A stretch of 64,000 bases of DNA, from the NCBI GenBank assembly GCA_951406725.2, contig OX597831.1, positions 50,158,001 to 50,222,000 on the forward strand, in the 5' to 3' direction. Source of the DNA: Octopus vulgaris. Taxonomy: Eukaryota. Shown here piece by piece: positions 26,680-40,895 of this stretch; within the stretch, counting starts at the first letter, position 1; the number at the start of each line of letters is the position of its first letter. The notes below the pieces were generated by a model, which was not told the origin of the DNA, did not search any database, and was given only the letters and a program-made list of their open reading frames with translations. The translations under genes were made by a program, and so were the position numbers.

Positions 26680-27445
26680 GGAAAATGAATGAGGGCTATC
26701 ACTCAAAACTTTCAGCTGTCGGGGTGGAACATCAGGAATGCCTTGCACGAGCACATACATGTTCTACGTCAGGACAGAGAGAGGGCAATTCATGCTTGCA
26801 AATATACAGAAAAAACAGCTTGATCCTTGCAATGGAGTTGCTTAAAAAATTAATCACCTCAAGAACATGGCATGCTTCTTTGGTGAGAAAAACGAAGACC
26901 AAAATCATGAAGTATAACAGTTCATGTGAAGATCTTTCTGATGTTCCAACAGTAATGCAGTTTTCTGCAACTGGGTTTGTCTTAGGAGTGTTGAATAATG
27001 AAATCCATGTTATGCTATCTCACATCTTTACACAGGGCCTTAGCGTTAATGTACCTGGTTACGTTGGGAACCAAGATACAGTTGTTAAGTTCTGGATATT
27101 TGAAATACACAGTGGAAGGACATACGTGATTCGACAAAACTAAGCATTTCTCTCACAAGCCAACGTAACCCAAAAATAAACGTCAGACAATTTTTACTAT
27201 CACGTAACACCAAACATATGTGCTCCAAACTAGCCAGATTTAAATCCCATGGACTACACCATTTAATGAAAGAGAATTTGATCAACATCCTCACAATACA
27301 ATAACATCTTAAGGCAGCCTTTGTCCGGAATACATGCGTATCATTGAGTGGAATATATATAGAGATCATTGAGTGCATGGGTGTAAAAGATTGAGGGCTC
27401 GCATTATAGGATGCATCGAAATCGAAAGCGGATTCATGGAATAAA
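26680..27445 (+). mobile_element. Decayed Tc1/mariner-superfamily transposase, DD37D/maT-like
   Basis: DVPTVMQ..VLGVLNNEIHVMLSHIFTQGLSVN..VVKFWI..SGRTYV, followed by PN*PDLNPMDY (SPDLNPMDY motif). Confidence 0.65.
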
Positions 27446-27602
27446 AATATAAAAAAGGTCATCGAGATTATAGGTACAAAACTTTGTTTGAATATATTGG
27501 ATTTTTGCTAGATTAGAGTTGTATTAAATTAGCAAATAATTTCTCAAATAACTCTCAAATCAACTGTGTGTGTAAGTGTTTGTGTATGTATTTATATGAA
27601 CA

Positions 27603-27668
<66 letters not shown>

Positions 27669-28220
27669 CGCGTGTATATGTATATATATATATATATATA
27701 TATACGTTTCTTTAAATGCGTGTATACACATACACAAACTCAGACATGCGCATACGCACATACGCACAAACACACGCATATATTCATTTTCTTCCTCTTG
27801 TAACCAAGAAACTTAACCTTTCCAATTACCGCCAGAATTATCCGTCAGGGCTAAATATATACGTCACCTTCGCAATCATTTTTGGTATTAAAAAACTGTG
27901 TCCGTTTTAATATTATACACCGATACATAAATACATACATTCACATATACACCTCTCTCTCTCACAAACAAACATATAGCTTGACGTCACTGTTTACCAT
28001 ATAACTGATGAGATGAGATTCTGATATAAATTGTAAATCTGAATCTATTTCTGTCTTGGACGACAGGGAATAAAACTGCATTGTAAATCTATTTATATTT
28101 GACATCATTCTTAAAAGAACCCCCTAAAGAAATATTGTATTTACGTCGCATATGCGCTTTTATGAGTGTCGTATTGGGTTTGGCTCAAAAGCACATTTAA
28201 TCTCTACCTCACATACCGAT

Positions 28221-28266
<46 letters not shown>

Positions 28267-29356
28267 CATACATATCTAACATATATATATATATACACAT
28301 ATAGAGGGATACATACATACATATAGCGTTCTTTTAAGATAGTTTGTTAATTTGTTTACAATTTGCTTTTTCATCTTTAATCTTTTAATATATTTTTAAG
28401 TAATAATGAATAATTAATTTATTAGGTCTTTATTATACGTGCATATATATTTATTGATAGAGATAATTTTAGATCTTAATTCTTATACTTATATACATTT
28501 ATATATATTCATTGATAATTTATTTATTATTCAGATATTGTATAATTATTTGACTTAAAATTAAATTTAATAATATGAATAGTGATTTTTTTTTGTTAAT
28601 TATTTAGGTAATTAGATATTGACTATAACTGAGATTAGATTATTTGTGGGTTTATTATGTTTTTTTAAAGCCATATTATATCTGAATAGATAAATACATT
28701 TTCTATCTATTCTTACCTTAAAAATTAATACTTAAAAATTTATATTTAACATTATAATCGATTGTATGACATAATCATAATCGTTAAAGTTTCTAGTTTG
28801 GTAATAGAGTTTTTTTATAAGAAAAATTATTATTTTATTTATTTCTTAAAAAATATTGTTTAAATATTTTTGATTATTTATTTAAATATTATCATTAACC
28901 TGAAGATTGACTATAACCATAATTCGAATTATTAATTGAATTTAAATTATTATTATTCAAATTAGGTTATGGGCATGAAACGATCGTGATGGTTTTACTT
29001 TTTATCTTATATTAAACTTTTCAATACGTTTTGATAGTTATATATATTTTAAAAAATTAAATAAATATATAATAAAAAAAATAAAAAAATAAAAAATAAA
29101 AATAAAAATAAAAATTATAATAATTATAAAAATAATAATAATATATATATATATATATATAAATTTATAAGTATAAATTAATAATTTTAAAAAAAATTTT
29201 GATTTTAGCTTTAAATTTAAATAATTTAAATTTTGAATTTTATATTTTATATATTTTGTATATTATATTAATTAATTTATTTCTATGTTTTGGTTTATGT
29301 TTTTCACTGTTTGATTTGCCTAATAGTAGCTTTATCTCTAATTTAATATATATATA

Positions 29357-30096
29357 TACGAGCAAAATGCCACCCGTCAAATGGACGGTGCTGGGTTGCC
29401 AAACACTTAAACCAATTTTTTTCAAAACAACTTGTCCGATCGTCCCATAGGCCTCCCCTTTAAGAAACACTGATTTAACCTAAATTTGAGACACCAGTAA
29501 ATGAAGAAATAACGGTAGACGTTTTTCTATTCCAAAGAAAAACGATTTTATTCACACAAATATGCAACCGAAGTGTTTAAAGTACCTGTAATGATAAGGC
29601 TGTTGACTGGGAGAACACAAATATGGTTTAAACAGTAAGCTTGGCAGGAAAGGTTTATTTCAATAAAATTTTTGATTTTGTTAAACGAAGTTAAGGCAAA
29701 AAAAAATTCTTGAGAAACCAAATAGTCTTTCCTTTCTTCGAGCCAAGTTTGAAGAAAATATCTCTTGTGCATCTTACGTTTTTGGTCTCTTAAATATACT
29801 GCATTTTGTGGCATTATTTCAAGCCAGCTGGCTTTTTTTGCGCAAAATGCACGAGAATTTTTCTCGCGTACGCGTAGTATCGATCGCAACAGCTGATGTA
29901 CTTGCGCGTACAAGTGCACGTTCCCATGGCTTTATCAATTGCATTCCCACCTGGGATCGATTTTTGTAATTTCTTCAAGACTTATACACGCCCTGATACC
30001 GTCGGTATCTGCATATCAAATTTGAGCGCAATCGGATAGAGGATGCTCGAGATCCTAGAAGACACACACAGACAGGCAGAACGGGTTTTATATAAT
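29357..30096 (-). mobile_element. Non-autonomous Helitron-like element
   Basis: Subterminal hairpin cccgtc-aaatg-gacgg near 29372; the other end (acacacagacag..ttttatataat) resembles the neighbouring Helitron's 5' end. Confidence 0.5.
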
Positions 30097-30097
30097 A

Positions 30098-30492
30098 CTA
30101 GCAGTATCGCCCGGCATTGCTCGGGTTTGTAAGAGAAATAACTATATAAGCATTTTTAGTGAGTTATAGCAAAAAAATAGCAAAAAAATGCATTAAAAAT
30201 GGAAAAAAAATTATGGTAATTTTTTTTTAATCGTTGACTCATCGTAGACATTTTTAGAGAGTTACTTCCCTTATATAATAGCGACAAAATGCATTAAAAT
30301 GGAAAAAAATGATGGTAATTTTTTTTTAAATCATAGACTCATCGTAGACGCGCGCTAATACCCAGAAGGGCTCGATATGAATCACGACTATAAGATACCC
30401 GGTTTTGGTTAAACTGCACCGCAAAATGTGGGAGTAGTTAGGAATCTAAATCGTAGGAGACAGACACACAACTTCACTTTTATATATAAAGA
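30098..30492 (-). mobile_element. Non-autonomous Helitron
   Basis: Minus strand starts A|TCTTTATATATAAAAG and ends with hairpin CCCGAGCAATGCCGGG followed by CTAG|T: canonical 5'-TC/CTAG-3' ends at an AT target. Confidence 0.8.
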
Positions 30493-30749
30493 TTTGTGCA
30501 ACAACTAAAACATTCGGTTGTGCAAATTGTTTGTAATTGCCGTTTTTGTGGATCTGTTTCAGCTTTTTTAGCGATTTCTGTTTTGGCGACTTCAAGCCAT
30601 GAAGTCGTTGTTCTAAAAGAACGCTGGTCTCCTTGACAACTCATTACGACGTTGATTTCCTTGCACTCCCTTCCCCACAGCTTCACGAGGGAGAAGCAAA
30701 CAGGTGCTGGTGTGACCATGGACGCCAACTCCGCCGCCATCGACACACG

Positions 30750-31059
<310 letters not shown>

Positions 31060-31250
31060 CACACATACCTATGTATACATATATGTATATTCATGTATAC
31101 ATGTGTATATATATATATGTGTGTGTGGGTATATGAGTATGCAGTGACAGGAAGAGAGAGATGAAAAAACTCATTCATGACACACTCACAACAGCTGAAG
31201 CTCGCGTGCGCGCACACATAAGTAAATGTCTACCTACCTACCTACATATA

Positions 31251-32259
31251 TATTAGGTTGTTTCACATGAAATGCCGCAATTTTAAGTACTTGTTATTTC
31301 AATCATTTAAAAACTCAATTATGTATATCTTGCATTTAATCTTGACTTCTTTTCTTTCTCAAAAATATTGGTATACATAATTCGTACCGACAGACCCTAT
31401 GAAAATTATATCAACCCGACTATGTTGAATTATTTTCTCGTATGAGTACCAACTGGGTCACTTTGCCACAGGATCTTTACGGAATATCAAGCGGGCCTTC
31501 ATAATGGTTTTGTTGGCAGCAGAACTATTCAGAGATGGTTCCTAAGCTCTCATTCAGGAGATGATAGCCTTGAAAATAAACTAACGGGTAGGCCAAAATC
31601 AGTTATTCGGCTTGGTGGATTAAATGCTTTCGCTGAACAAAATCCGAGAACAAAGGTTCGAAAGCTTTCAACAGAACTGAAAACATCTCGCACAACTGTT
31701 TCTGGATACCTGTAAAAAATTGGAAAATTCAAGATAATGGACAGGTTTGTTCCACATTAACTGAATGAGATTAAAAAAAAAAACAGACGCCTCGAAGTAT
31801 GCTCCTTATTGCTTTCTCGACTGGAAAAAAAAACATTTGAAAAAGAAGGAACCCAGACTAATGAAGAAAGAAGGCCCGATTTTGATCCACGACAATATAC
31901 GTCCTCACACTCCTCAAGCTACCGTCCAATAGTTGCAAATCCTGAATTATGAGATTTTGCAGCATCTTCCCTAAACCCCTGTTATCTCTCCTACTGATTA
32001 TCACTTATTTAAGTATTTTGGACTTTTCGAAATAAAACATTCTTAAATAGAGAAGAGGTAATTGAAATATTCGGACAGTTTATCGCAGCAAAAGATGAAT
32101 TTGTTTTAAAGATGGGAATATATGACATAGAGAAACGTTGGGTAAACGTCGTAAATGAACATGGATCATACTCTGATTAAATAAATCAGTTCTCTAACAT
32201 TTCTGAAACATTTTATTGTTACCTTCTAAATACGACATTTCATGTGAAACAACCTAATA
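31251..32259 (+). mobile_element. Decayed mariner
   Basis: TIRs tattaggttgtttcacatgaaatg / catttcatgtgaaacaacctaata. Remnants ILIHDNIRPHT and LQHLP*TPVISPTDYHLF. Confidence 0.85.
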
Positions 32260-32574
32260 CTTATATGCTGCTGTGTGTATGTGGTGATGGGGATGATGTG
32301 TGTGTCTGTTAATGTATGTATATATTTAATAAGATCAAATGAAACAATGCCCTGTTTTGCACAATTCAATCAGGTATGAGTGGATCAATTTAATAACTTC
32401 AATCAGATATGAACGAATCAATTTAATTACTTTATCTCTTTTATTTTGGAGATATATTGAATGACTGATCAGTTCAACTAAAATTGAAACTACATATATT
32501 ATAATTATAGTCATTTTCAATTTTTGTGTTACCTTTTTGTTGCCATGACAGTTGTTAATATTGTTGACTTGTCG

Positions 32575-32920
32575 TAAGTCCGGTAGCACCGTTAACACGC
32601 CGGGCAGAATGTTTAGCATTATTCCGTCGCTACGTTCTGAGCTCAATTTCCGAGGAGGAGGTCAACTTTCCCTTTTATCCGCTCTAGATCGATAAATTAA
32701 GTAACAGTCAAACGCCGAGGTCGACGTAATCGCATGTAAATCTAAAGATATATTTTCTAAAGACGGCGAAAATGCAAGATCATTGAAGTGTCAGACAGGA
32801 TGCTTTGCCGTGTACATTTCGTCCTTCCGACCTGTGAGTTCAAATTTCCTTGATGCCTACATTGCATTTTGTCCTTACATGATATGTAACTAATGTACCA
32901 GTAAAGTATTTTCGTCGATT
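32575..32920 (+). mobile_element. Two diverged SINE family B copies in tandem
   Basis: acgccgggcagaatgtttagc..tacgttctgagctcaatttcc..gataaattaagtaacag, then a second more decayed unit. Confidence 0.6.
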
Positions 32921-34884
32921 AGTTTGTTCTTTATATATTTATTCCCTCAAAAACGTCTCTCTTTTTCGTCGCTAGATGGATTATTGTGGCACTACTCCCA
33001 ACCCCAATTTCTCCAGGAATGCAGAAAAGTTAAGCAAGAGGCCAGCTTTACAAGCTGCTAGGCAAAAGTTGCACTGGACCCTTTACACGCACGCCAAAGT
33101 GTACATAGCTTATCATTGGTCCCCTAGAAACTCAGGGCCACTGGACACTCGGTACCCCCAATCATTACCACCAGCCCTCTATGCACATGCTTGAAATCGG
33201 GATTGCTGGTAACACCTTATCATAATAACTGTTGTACAACTAGAATCATTGATAGGTGGGGCAATAATCAGATGTTAGTAAATTGTGCATTAATTTACTC
33301 GACTATATTCTAGTTTAATTATAAGGTTTTTTTATTAATAAATGTCAAAATTAACGACAAAATACAACGGCTATTGACAATAAACCGTAATGATGATTCC
33401 TAACATTCCTAATATATATTTAAAGATATTTCATCAACACTGCAGCATCTCTATAAGGATATTGATAATAAAAGAAACGGAAAATTTCAATAACTTAAAA
33501 TTTTTATCACTTGAATTCATCGTCTGGATTTAGCGAGCGGGAGAATATTCAGAATATAAGGTACAATTGTGTGTGGGAAAAAGCCCCAATATTGAATTTC
33601 TAATGCATTTTACTACTGATTTGAGATCTGACATTTACAAACCAACAATGAGTATTAGTGAATACTTTTGATAAATTATCCTTTCGTACTTCCTCCAGGT
33701 TGAATTGAATGATCTTGTGTCGAATAATAAACAGAATAAAACCTGCAATGAATTTGTGGCAAAACACATCGGATGATATTTCATCCAATGGTAAAATGGT
33801 GTTAGTTCGAAAGTTTGATTTATGATAATTGTGATTTTGAGTTCATTTTACACATTGGTGATTTATATCTGTTATGTTTGGCTCGGTACGAAGATGAAAG
33901 CAGTACATTTATCACTGTCTTACATGATATATTGTTCAATGTGTTTATCTGTTCTATGTAAATAATGTATCTTGATTTTGTTATGAATCGGCGTGAGGTT
34001 CAATATTGATCATAATTTTGCAGAGTTAACACCACGAATTTAAGGTATTAGTGTCAATTCATACCATTGTTCATTCGGAAGTATTTAATGTGCTAATCTA
34101 CATGTGCACTGGAATATTTATCAGTGAAGATAAGTTTAACTTCAAAGACAATCGGAAGGCATATAGATCAATGACGAAATAAAATTAGGTATTGTTAGTT
34201 TTCACTACCTGAAACATGATTGTGATCACATTTATGGCATCATAATAGGTAATCTGTGGATAACCAACGCTGGTCGAATGTGTGAAATTCGCGATCAGTA
34301 TCGTGAATATCTCAAGTGAATCGATCTCCTCCAATTTCATCTCTCAACTACTATAGCCTGTTTGCTGGGTTTTGATGTCCAGTTGCTGTCTCTTAGTCTT
34401 AGCCAGATTCTTGTACCTAAATGAAAGCTCTACCCTTATTTCTAGTAAATTTAGACCTTTACGAGCACCGTTTATTTTATTCTGAACACAACCAATCCAC
34501 TGAAGATTTCACTGCGCCGAATATTGCATCTACGCTAGTGAGTTTAACTTTGTTCTGGATGAGGGTATTTCTGATCTTCGCTTCCTTCATGATGTCTCTT
34601 GGTTGTTGTACAATCAATGACCAGAATCTCTTGTTGTGTCTTTTTCATTTGTGTAACAAGGAGCATCATGGGTACACCAACAATTCAGTCATAAATATAA
34701 ATTTTACTTTCTTATATATGCACTGTATGGAAGGCCGAAGTTTGCGAAGCAGGCGTAATTCTGTGGAAGTCACGTGGTTGAATAAATATATATTCACCTC
34801 TCATACCGCTTGAACTTATTATTTTTTATACACCACATCAAGTAACATATATATATATATACTACATTAAGTAATATATATATA

Positions 34885-34926
<42 letters not shown>

Positions 34927-34927
<1 letters not shown>

Positions 34928-35351
34928 GGAAAAAAGTCAAGGTAGAAAATTCTAAAATAATTTTGTAAAAAAACATTTCAGTACTACTATCATGGTACTC
35001 CCTCATGCTTCTTCTTCTTCTTCTTCTTCTTCTTCTTCTTCTTCTTCTTCTTCTTCTTCTTCTTCTTCTTCTTCTTCTTCTTCTTCTTCTCCCTACCAAG
35101 ACCAAGAATTCACAACGACCGCGAACCCACAAGAGTAAACAAGAGAGACAGAGACAGGCAGAAAGAAGGAAAAAGGCTCTTTGTATTTGAATACTATACA
35201 AATATTCTTTTTAAAATCTTTTCTTTTAATTTTTCCAAAATTTAGTTGTTTTCCATACTTACGGTTGAAAAAGTTTCAATGACTCAAACCGGTTTTGAAA
35301 TGTTTTTTATAAAATTAAGTTAGCATGTTCTACCTTGACTTCTTTTTTCCA
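34927..35351. repeat. ~55-bp inverted arms enclosing (CTT)n; probable PLE pseudo-LTR remnant
   Basis: tggaaaaaagtcaaggtagaaa..aaacatttca (34927-34980) is inverted at 35297-35351. (CTT)n at 35008-35091. Confidence 0.7.
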
Positions 35352-35382
35352 TATATATCAACTCGTGTGTTCCTTTTGAACC

Positions 35383-35476
<94 letters not shown>

Positions 35477-35480
35477 TATG

Positions 35481-35559
<79 letters not shown>

Positions 35560-35879
35560 GGTAAAATGGAATACAGGGGTAACTTTATTGCTCGAATTTG
35601 ATACGGCATGTTGTTAATACAGGAATAGCGTGTGAAAATTGCTTTGACACAGAGAGTAATCAAGAAAGAATTTTTAAAAGTTAAGAAAAATACGAAGAAT
35701 GAAGAGAATAAAACATACAATAAAGTAAAATACTAGGTGGGTCAGTACTCAGATGTAATTACTTCCATACCCACACTCGCGGTCCTTTGTACACACACAC
35801 ACACTTTCTTATATGAACAGTAGATGTCATTAAGTAGATGCTTAGCCATTTATATTTTATATTGAACCTTTAACACCTA

Positions 35880-36045
35880 CATATTTTTCTCCCTCGGTTT
35901 TTTCTCTCTTGATTTCTCTTTACAAGAGTTGCCTCGAAACGTTAAAAACCTTCTTTTTCCATTCGCCCCAAGCGTTAAACTAATACATCACCTTGTTGTT
36001 CCTTTACTTGTCTTCGTCTTTTGTTTTCAGTAAATTTGAAATCTC
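35880..36045 (+). mobile_element. PLE pseudo-LTR, same family as 21885-22050 in opposite orientation
   Basis: cctcgaaacgttaaaa..aagcgttaaactaataca..cttgtcttcgtcttttgttttcagtaaattt is the reverse complement of the 21.9 kb segment. Confidence 0.65.
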
Positions 36046-36089
36046 TCTATATATATATGGGGTGTGTGCGTGGGGGAGTGTTTGTGTAT

Positions 36090-36345
36090 ACAGTGATACA
36101 TTTTCAGTACGAACTCAATTTGCTTGATGACCGATCTCCTTTTACAATTTACTCGTTTTACAAATCAATTTTCCCCTTTGAAATTAACTAAAACATAATT
36201 AATCCATTCCAGCCCGCCAAAACCACCCAAAAGCATCCTTTTAAGATTTTAAAACAGAAAAGGAGTACTTACAAGCAAAATGACAACTATAAAAAAGAGA
36301 ATACATAAGAAATATGTAAACGGGTTTTATTAAGTGAATTACCTT
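36090..36345. mobile_element. Possible pogo/Tigger-like terminal fragment
   Basis: Begins tacagtgatac.. and contains caattttcccctttgaaattaac..attaatccattccagccc; resemblance is from memory only. Confidence 0.35.
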
Positions 36346-36374
36346 AAACATAGGACGACGATTTATGTGCGAAG

Positions 36375-36990
36375 ACAACTTGCCCCAACCTGCTTGAAGG
36401 CTCGGATTTCTTTTGCAGACAAGGACAGAGGTTCACAATTAAAACTAGTTTCACTTGTGCCTCTGAGAACCTAATTTATGTAATAACCTGCTCGGTTTGC
36501 GTACACAACTATGTTGGACAAATGAGTATGACCTTGAGAAAGAGAACCACTCTACATAAAGAGCAAATCCATTTACCGCAATACAGGTAAATTCCTCTCA
36601 GTGAACATATAGAAAAATGTGCTGATAACATCAAACCAAATTTCACAGTCTTCCCCTTCTACCAGTGCAAAAACACAATCTCTCCACAAGAACGCGTAAA
36701 TAAAGAAACTCTTTTCATTGAAAAATACAGAACACGTCTTAATATGCACGCATAACCAACTTTTATCTTTTTTATATATTTCAATTCACGATTACATCAC
36801 TGTGCATAAATCCCCTCACTAAACAAGTTTTTCGAAACTTGTCTTAGTCTGTACACATATATATTCCCCTCTCATTACGGAAAGCTGAAAAGTTATCTCC
36901 CTTACCCACAACAATAACAATAATAACGATAACCAATTGCCTCCCTTTATTTATTTACTTGTGAAGTCACTCACTCGTGAATTTCATCAC
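36375..36990 (+). pseudogene. PLE GIY-YIG endonuclease 3' fragment with 3' UTR (copy 1)
   Basis: CPNLLEGS..RFTIKTSFTCASENLIYVITCSVCVHNYVGQMSMTLRKRTTLHK..PLSEHIEKC..KETLFIEKYRTRLN; one internal stop. Confidence 0.85.
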
Positions 36991-36991
36991 A

Positions 36992-37405
36992 CACGTGGCT
37001 TTGTAGTAAAAAACTTGCTTCCGAACCACATAGTTCTGCGATCAGTCCCACAGCGAGGCACCTTAGGCATGTGTTACCTGGGACAAGTGCCTTCTGCTAT
37101 AGACTCAATTCGACCCAAATTTTATGAGTGGATTTGGTAGAGGGAAACTGAAAGAAGCCTGTTGTGTTTGTGTGTGCGTGTGAGTGTGTGTTGTTTTTGT
37201 CTCGGTGTTTGTACCCCACCACCACTTGACAACCAGTGTTGGTGCGTTTACGTCCCTGTAATTCAGCGGCTCGGCAGAAAGGGTCCGTTAGACTAAGCAC
37301 AAGGCTTTAAAAAACATAAGTACTGGGGTCGATTCATTCGACTAAAAATTCTTCAAGGCGGTGCCCCTGCTTGACCGCGGTCTAACGGCTGAAACAAGTA
37401 AAACG
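36992..37405 (+). mobile_element. SINE family A
   Basis: Family A head, core and tail present. Confidence 0.85.
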
Positions 37406-37914
37406 TGAAGGCGGAAAGGTATGCACATTTATGCATATATTCATTCATAAATTCTGTTGGAGCTGTACTACTGCGGCTAATAGGTTTTCTATGACACAGA
37501 AATGATCAAATAACCAATGTGAGTGTCGAAAGATCCCCGTCACCAGATGTTATATCCTTATGGATCAAACATATACACTACAACAGTTTAATAACAATAT
37601 CACTGAAGTAACCACACCGAAAGTAACGGCAGTAACAGAACAATAACGGCAGTAACAGATTTAACGTCAGTAACCACACAGAACGTAACAACGATCTTTT
37701 AAGAACCGGCAATCCAACACGCTAAGTGGAACTGTAAATTTTGAACTCCAACTTTGAACTATCAACATACAGCACGATGGTTTTATTCAAGCCACAAGGA
37801 TTAAAAAAAGAGCGGTCAATACACAAGACAAATGGGCTTGGGGGCTTATCGAATGATATTACATATATGAACAAATACCTTATAATTTCGGATGAATATG
37901 AAAAATGAAAAAAT

Positions 37915-39175
37915 GAATTTGTCAGTGCTTCGTCGCTATTTACTTCATTCCTCACTTTTCTTAACGCTCTTTTAAAGGTGTCCACAAATCGTTCTATCTG
38001 CCTGTTTAACCTCGGGTAGTAGGGTGGAGAGAAAATATGCTTCACCGCATGCCTTTTACAGTTCTTGAATCCATACCCAGAGAACTCCATTCCGTTGTCT
38101 GATACTAACATATCAGATACACAGTGTCGCGCAATCAAATCGTATAAGAACTTTATAGTTGTCTGAGAGGCTGGTCTATAGCACCTGCAAACCTCTTGCC
38201 ACTTAGTAGTACAGCGATCTACTACGAATAGGTGGTAATCGCAATGATAATTTACAGATGAGGCTTTGGCCTGCGAGCGCGAAACCTCGGCTCGTTCTCA
38301 CCACGTTTCCGATATCTCGGTCCACAGACGGCCAGTATATATAACTCCTCATCAAAGCCTTCATTCTTGCCATTCCTGGATGTCAGTTCTGAAATTGTTG
38401 CAAAACACCTTTCTGTAATGTAGTTGGAACCATCACTCTTTGAGCATGCATCAGAATATCGTCGCAAATTGAAAACTACTGGCATCTGAATTTTTACTCT
38501 GTTTATTCTTTTAAGCTTCTCTTATTTTCGTAATATACTCATTACCTACAGCTCTCATTTTTATATCCTGTACCGTCACTGATAGTTCTTGGAATTGCGT
38601 CCGTCATAACATTTTTAAGTTCAATTTCTGCCAGTAGAGCGACTATAAAAGTCTCTTTTAGTGGTTCCATATTTTTGGAAATGAATCTCGAAAGGCAGTC
38701 TGCATGACTGATTTTTTTACGATGGAATATATTGCATTCTGAAATTATAATTTAGTAATATTACACGCCAGCGTTGCAGGCGGTTTGCAGTATGAGTTGG
38801 TAACACTTTTTAAAACACGTAAATTGACAGAAAAGTTTTATAATCTGTTTGCAATTAAAAAACTTCTGCCGTGCAGAAACTTGGGAAGGTATTTAACTGC
38901 AAAAATAATTGCTAGGGCCTAGTTTTTCTATTTTATTATATCTGTTCTCTGTCGTTATCAGCGAGTGCAAAACAGGAACTGCAGGTTTTGTACATCCGTC
39001 TTCGTATTTATGAACTAGAACTGCACCTAATCCAGGAACGTAATGTGCTGACAACTGATCTGAGGTAAGAATTTTTCTTCAAAAGCGTTCTGGCACTTAG
39101 TGTACAAATTCCACTTTACGCCTTTTTTTTAATAAGTCGCTCAATGGAGCTCTTGTTCATATTAGAAATGTGATT
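37915..39175 (-). pseudogene. Gypsy/Ty3 LTR retrotransposon pol fragment (RNase H and integrase), decayed
   Basis: Integrase core LVSDNGMEFSG..SPPYYPRLNRQIERFVDTFKRAL; zinc-finger region HPGMARMKALMRSYIYWPSVDRDI; RNase H remnant ALAIIFAVKYLPKFLHGRSF. Confidence 0.85.
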
Positions 39176-39184
39176 TTGATAAAC

Positions 39185-39410
39185 AAAAAAAGAAGCCCGT
39201 AGTGTCTGTGTGGTCTTTGTCTCTGCGTTTGTACCCCACCATCACTTGACAACCGGTGTTGGTGTGTTTGCGTCCCCGTAAAATCAGCGGTTCGGCAGAA
39301 AGAGACCGACAGAATAAGCACACGGCTTTAAAAAATATTAGTACTCATGCTGTTTCATTCGACTAAAAATTCTTCAAAGCGGTGCCCCAGCATGACCGCG
39401 ATCTAACAAG
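39185..39410 (+). mobile_element. SINE family A, 5'-truncated
   Basis: aagaagcccgt..cttgacaaccggtgttggtgtgttt..ggttcggcagaaagagaccga. Confidence 0.8.
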
Positions 39411-39435
39411 CAAAGCGGAATGGCGGAAACGTATA

Positions 39436-39494
<59 letters not shown>

Positions 39495-40335
39495 ACATTC
39501 ATTCATTCACATAAATTCTAAAAAGAAAATTGTCTCCTACAATTTGCTTTTTATGATATTATCATTGGCTACAGCTTCTATGATTTCAGTCTGTTATAAA
39601 TTTTATTATAGCCAAGAAATGCGCTTTAAACACATACCTTCTATGAATCATAAACATTGAAATTCTTTCCAACATATATTTTTGAATGCTTTGTTTTATT
39701 TTTGTTATATTTCATAGTTATAGTGATAATACAAGGTGATCGTTCGAATGGAAATTATAGTCTTATATTTTTTATTCTGTCGGTATTAATGTCTATCATT
39801 TTGAGAGTAAATCATTTCCGTTTCCGTGATATAGGAAATCGATTTATGAATTGATTAGACATCTATGGTTTTCTATTCGATTCCATTTAATACAGGCAAG
39901 TGACAGAAATCTACAATACGATTTCTAGCATTCTTTACGCTCTAAAATTTCGTATAACATCCAAGAATTTCGTGGGGGCGTTTACATGTTTAAATAGAAC
40001 ATTACTTGCATCAATAGCGCCTGACTTGGAGTGCCTGCGAAAGTCATAAACTATGCCCTTTCCGCCAGACTCAGCAAATTAGAAGAAAAGCATTTGCCTA
40101 CTGGTCCAAATTAATGAAAATCGTTAGACACATTAGCTTCAAATTTTGGCACAATGGCAGACATTTTAAAGGAACGGGTGCGTAACAGGTACTTATTTCT
40201 AACGGCTCCGACAAGATGAAAGACAAATTCTATCTCGGTGGAATTTCAACGCAGAACCTAAAGACAGACGAAAAACGTATAGCATTTTGCTCTGTGTGTT
40301 AACAATTCTGCCAGCGCATCGCCTTAAACATTAAA

Positions 40336-40895
40336 TATTGGGTTGTCCGGAAAGTTCGTGCCGATTTTTAAAGGAAGGGAAAAGGTCAATAAATTATATT
40401 TTTAATCAACCAAATATGAAACATTTTGTTGCACAATGCATCTTTATATTTCCTTTAACTTGAAAATACCCTCTTCCCAGAATTGAGGTGGTTTCATGGC
40501 AAAGAATTCATCAAGCTATCTTTTTACGTCATCCAAGGAATTGAAATTTTTACCATTAAGACTATTCTGCAGAGACTTGAATAAGTGGAAATCCGAAGGA
40601 GAAATGTCTGGTGAATGTGGAGGGTGGGGTAACACATCCCAGCCGAGCAGCTGCAATTGTTGTTTGGTTAGCAAACGACCAAGTGCCGAAAATGAAAATT
40701 TCTTATCTTCCATTTTAAAGGGTTACAGAATTAACACAGGTTATAGGAACATAAACCTTCTTCCACGAAAAGATAGCTTAAACTGTGCACTAAATAGAGG
40801 TGTAGTCAAATCCTATTTTATGGACTCAACCATATTCTAAAATACGTCGAAAGGCAAGCTACTATAAATCGGCACAAACTTTCCGGACACCCAAT
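40336..40895 (-). mobile_element. Internally deleted mariner
   Basis: TIRs tattgggttgtccggaaagttcgtgccgattt / aaatcggcacaaactttccggacacccaata. LGWDVLPHPPHSPDISPSDFHLFKSLQNSL. Confidence 0.9.

Noticed and set aside
28005-28050. CTGATGAG followed by a small hairpin
   Set aside because: No GAAA box or stem III follows.
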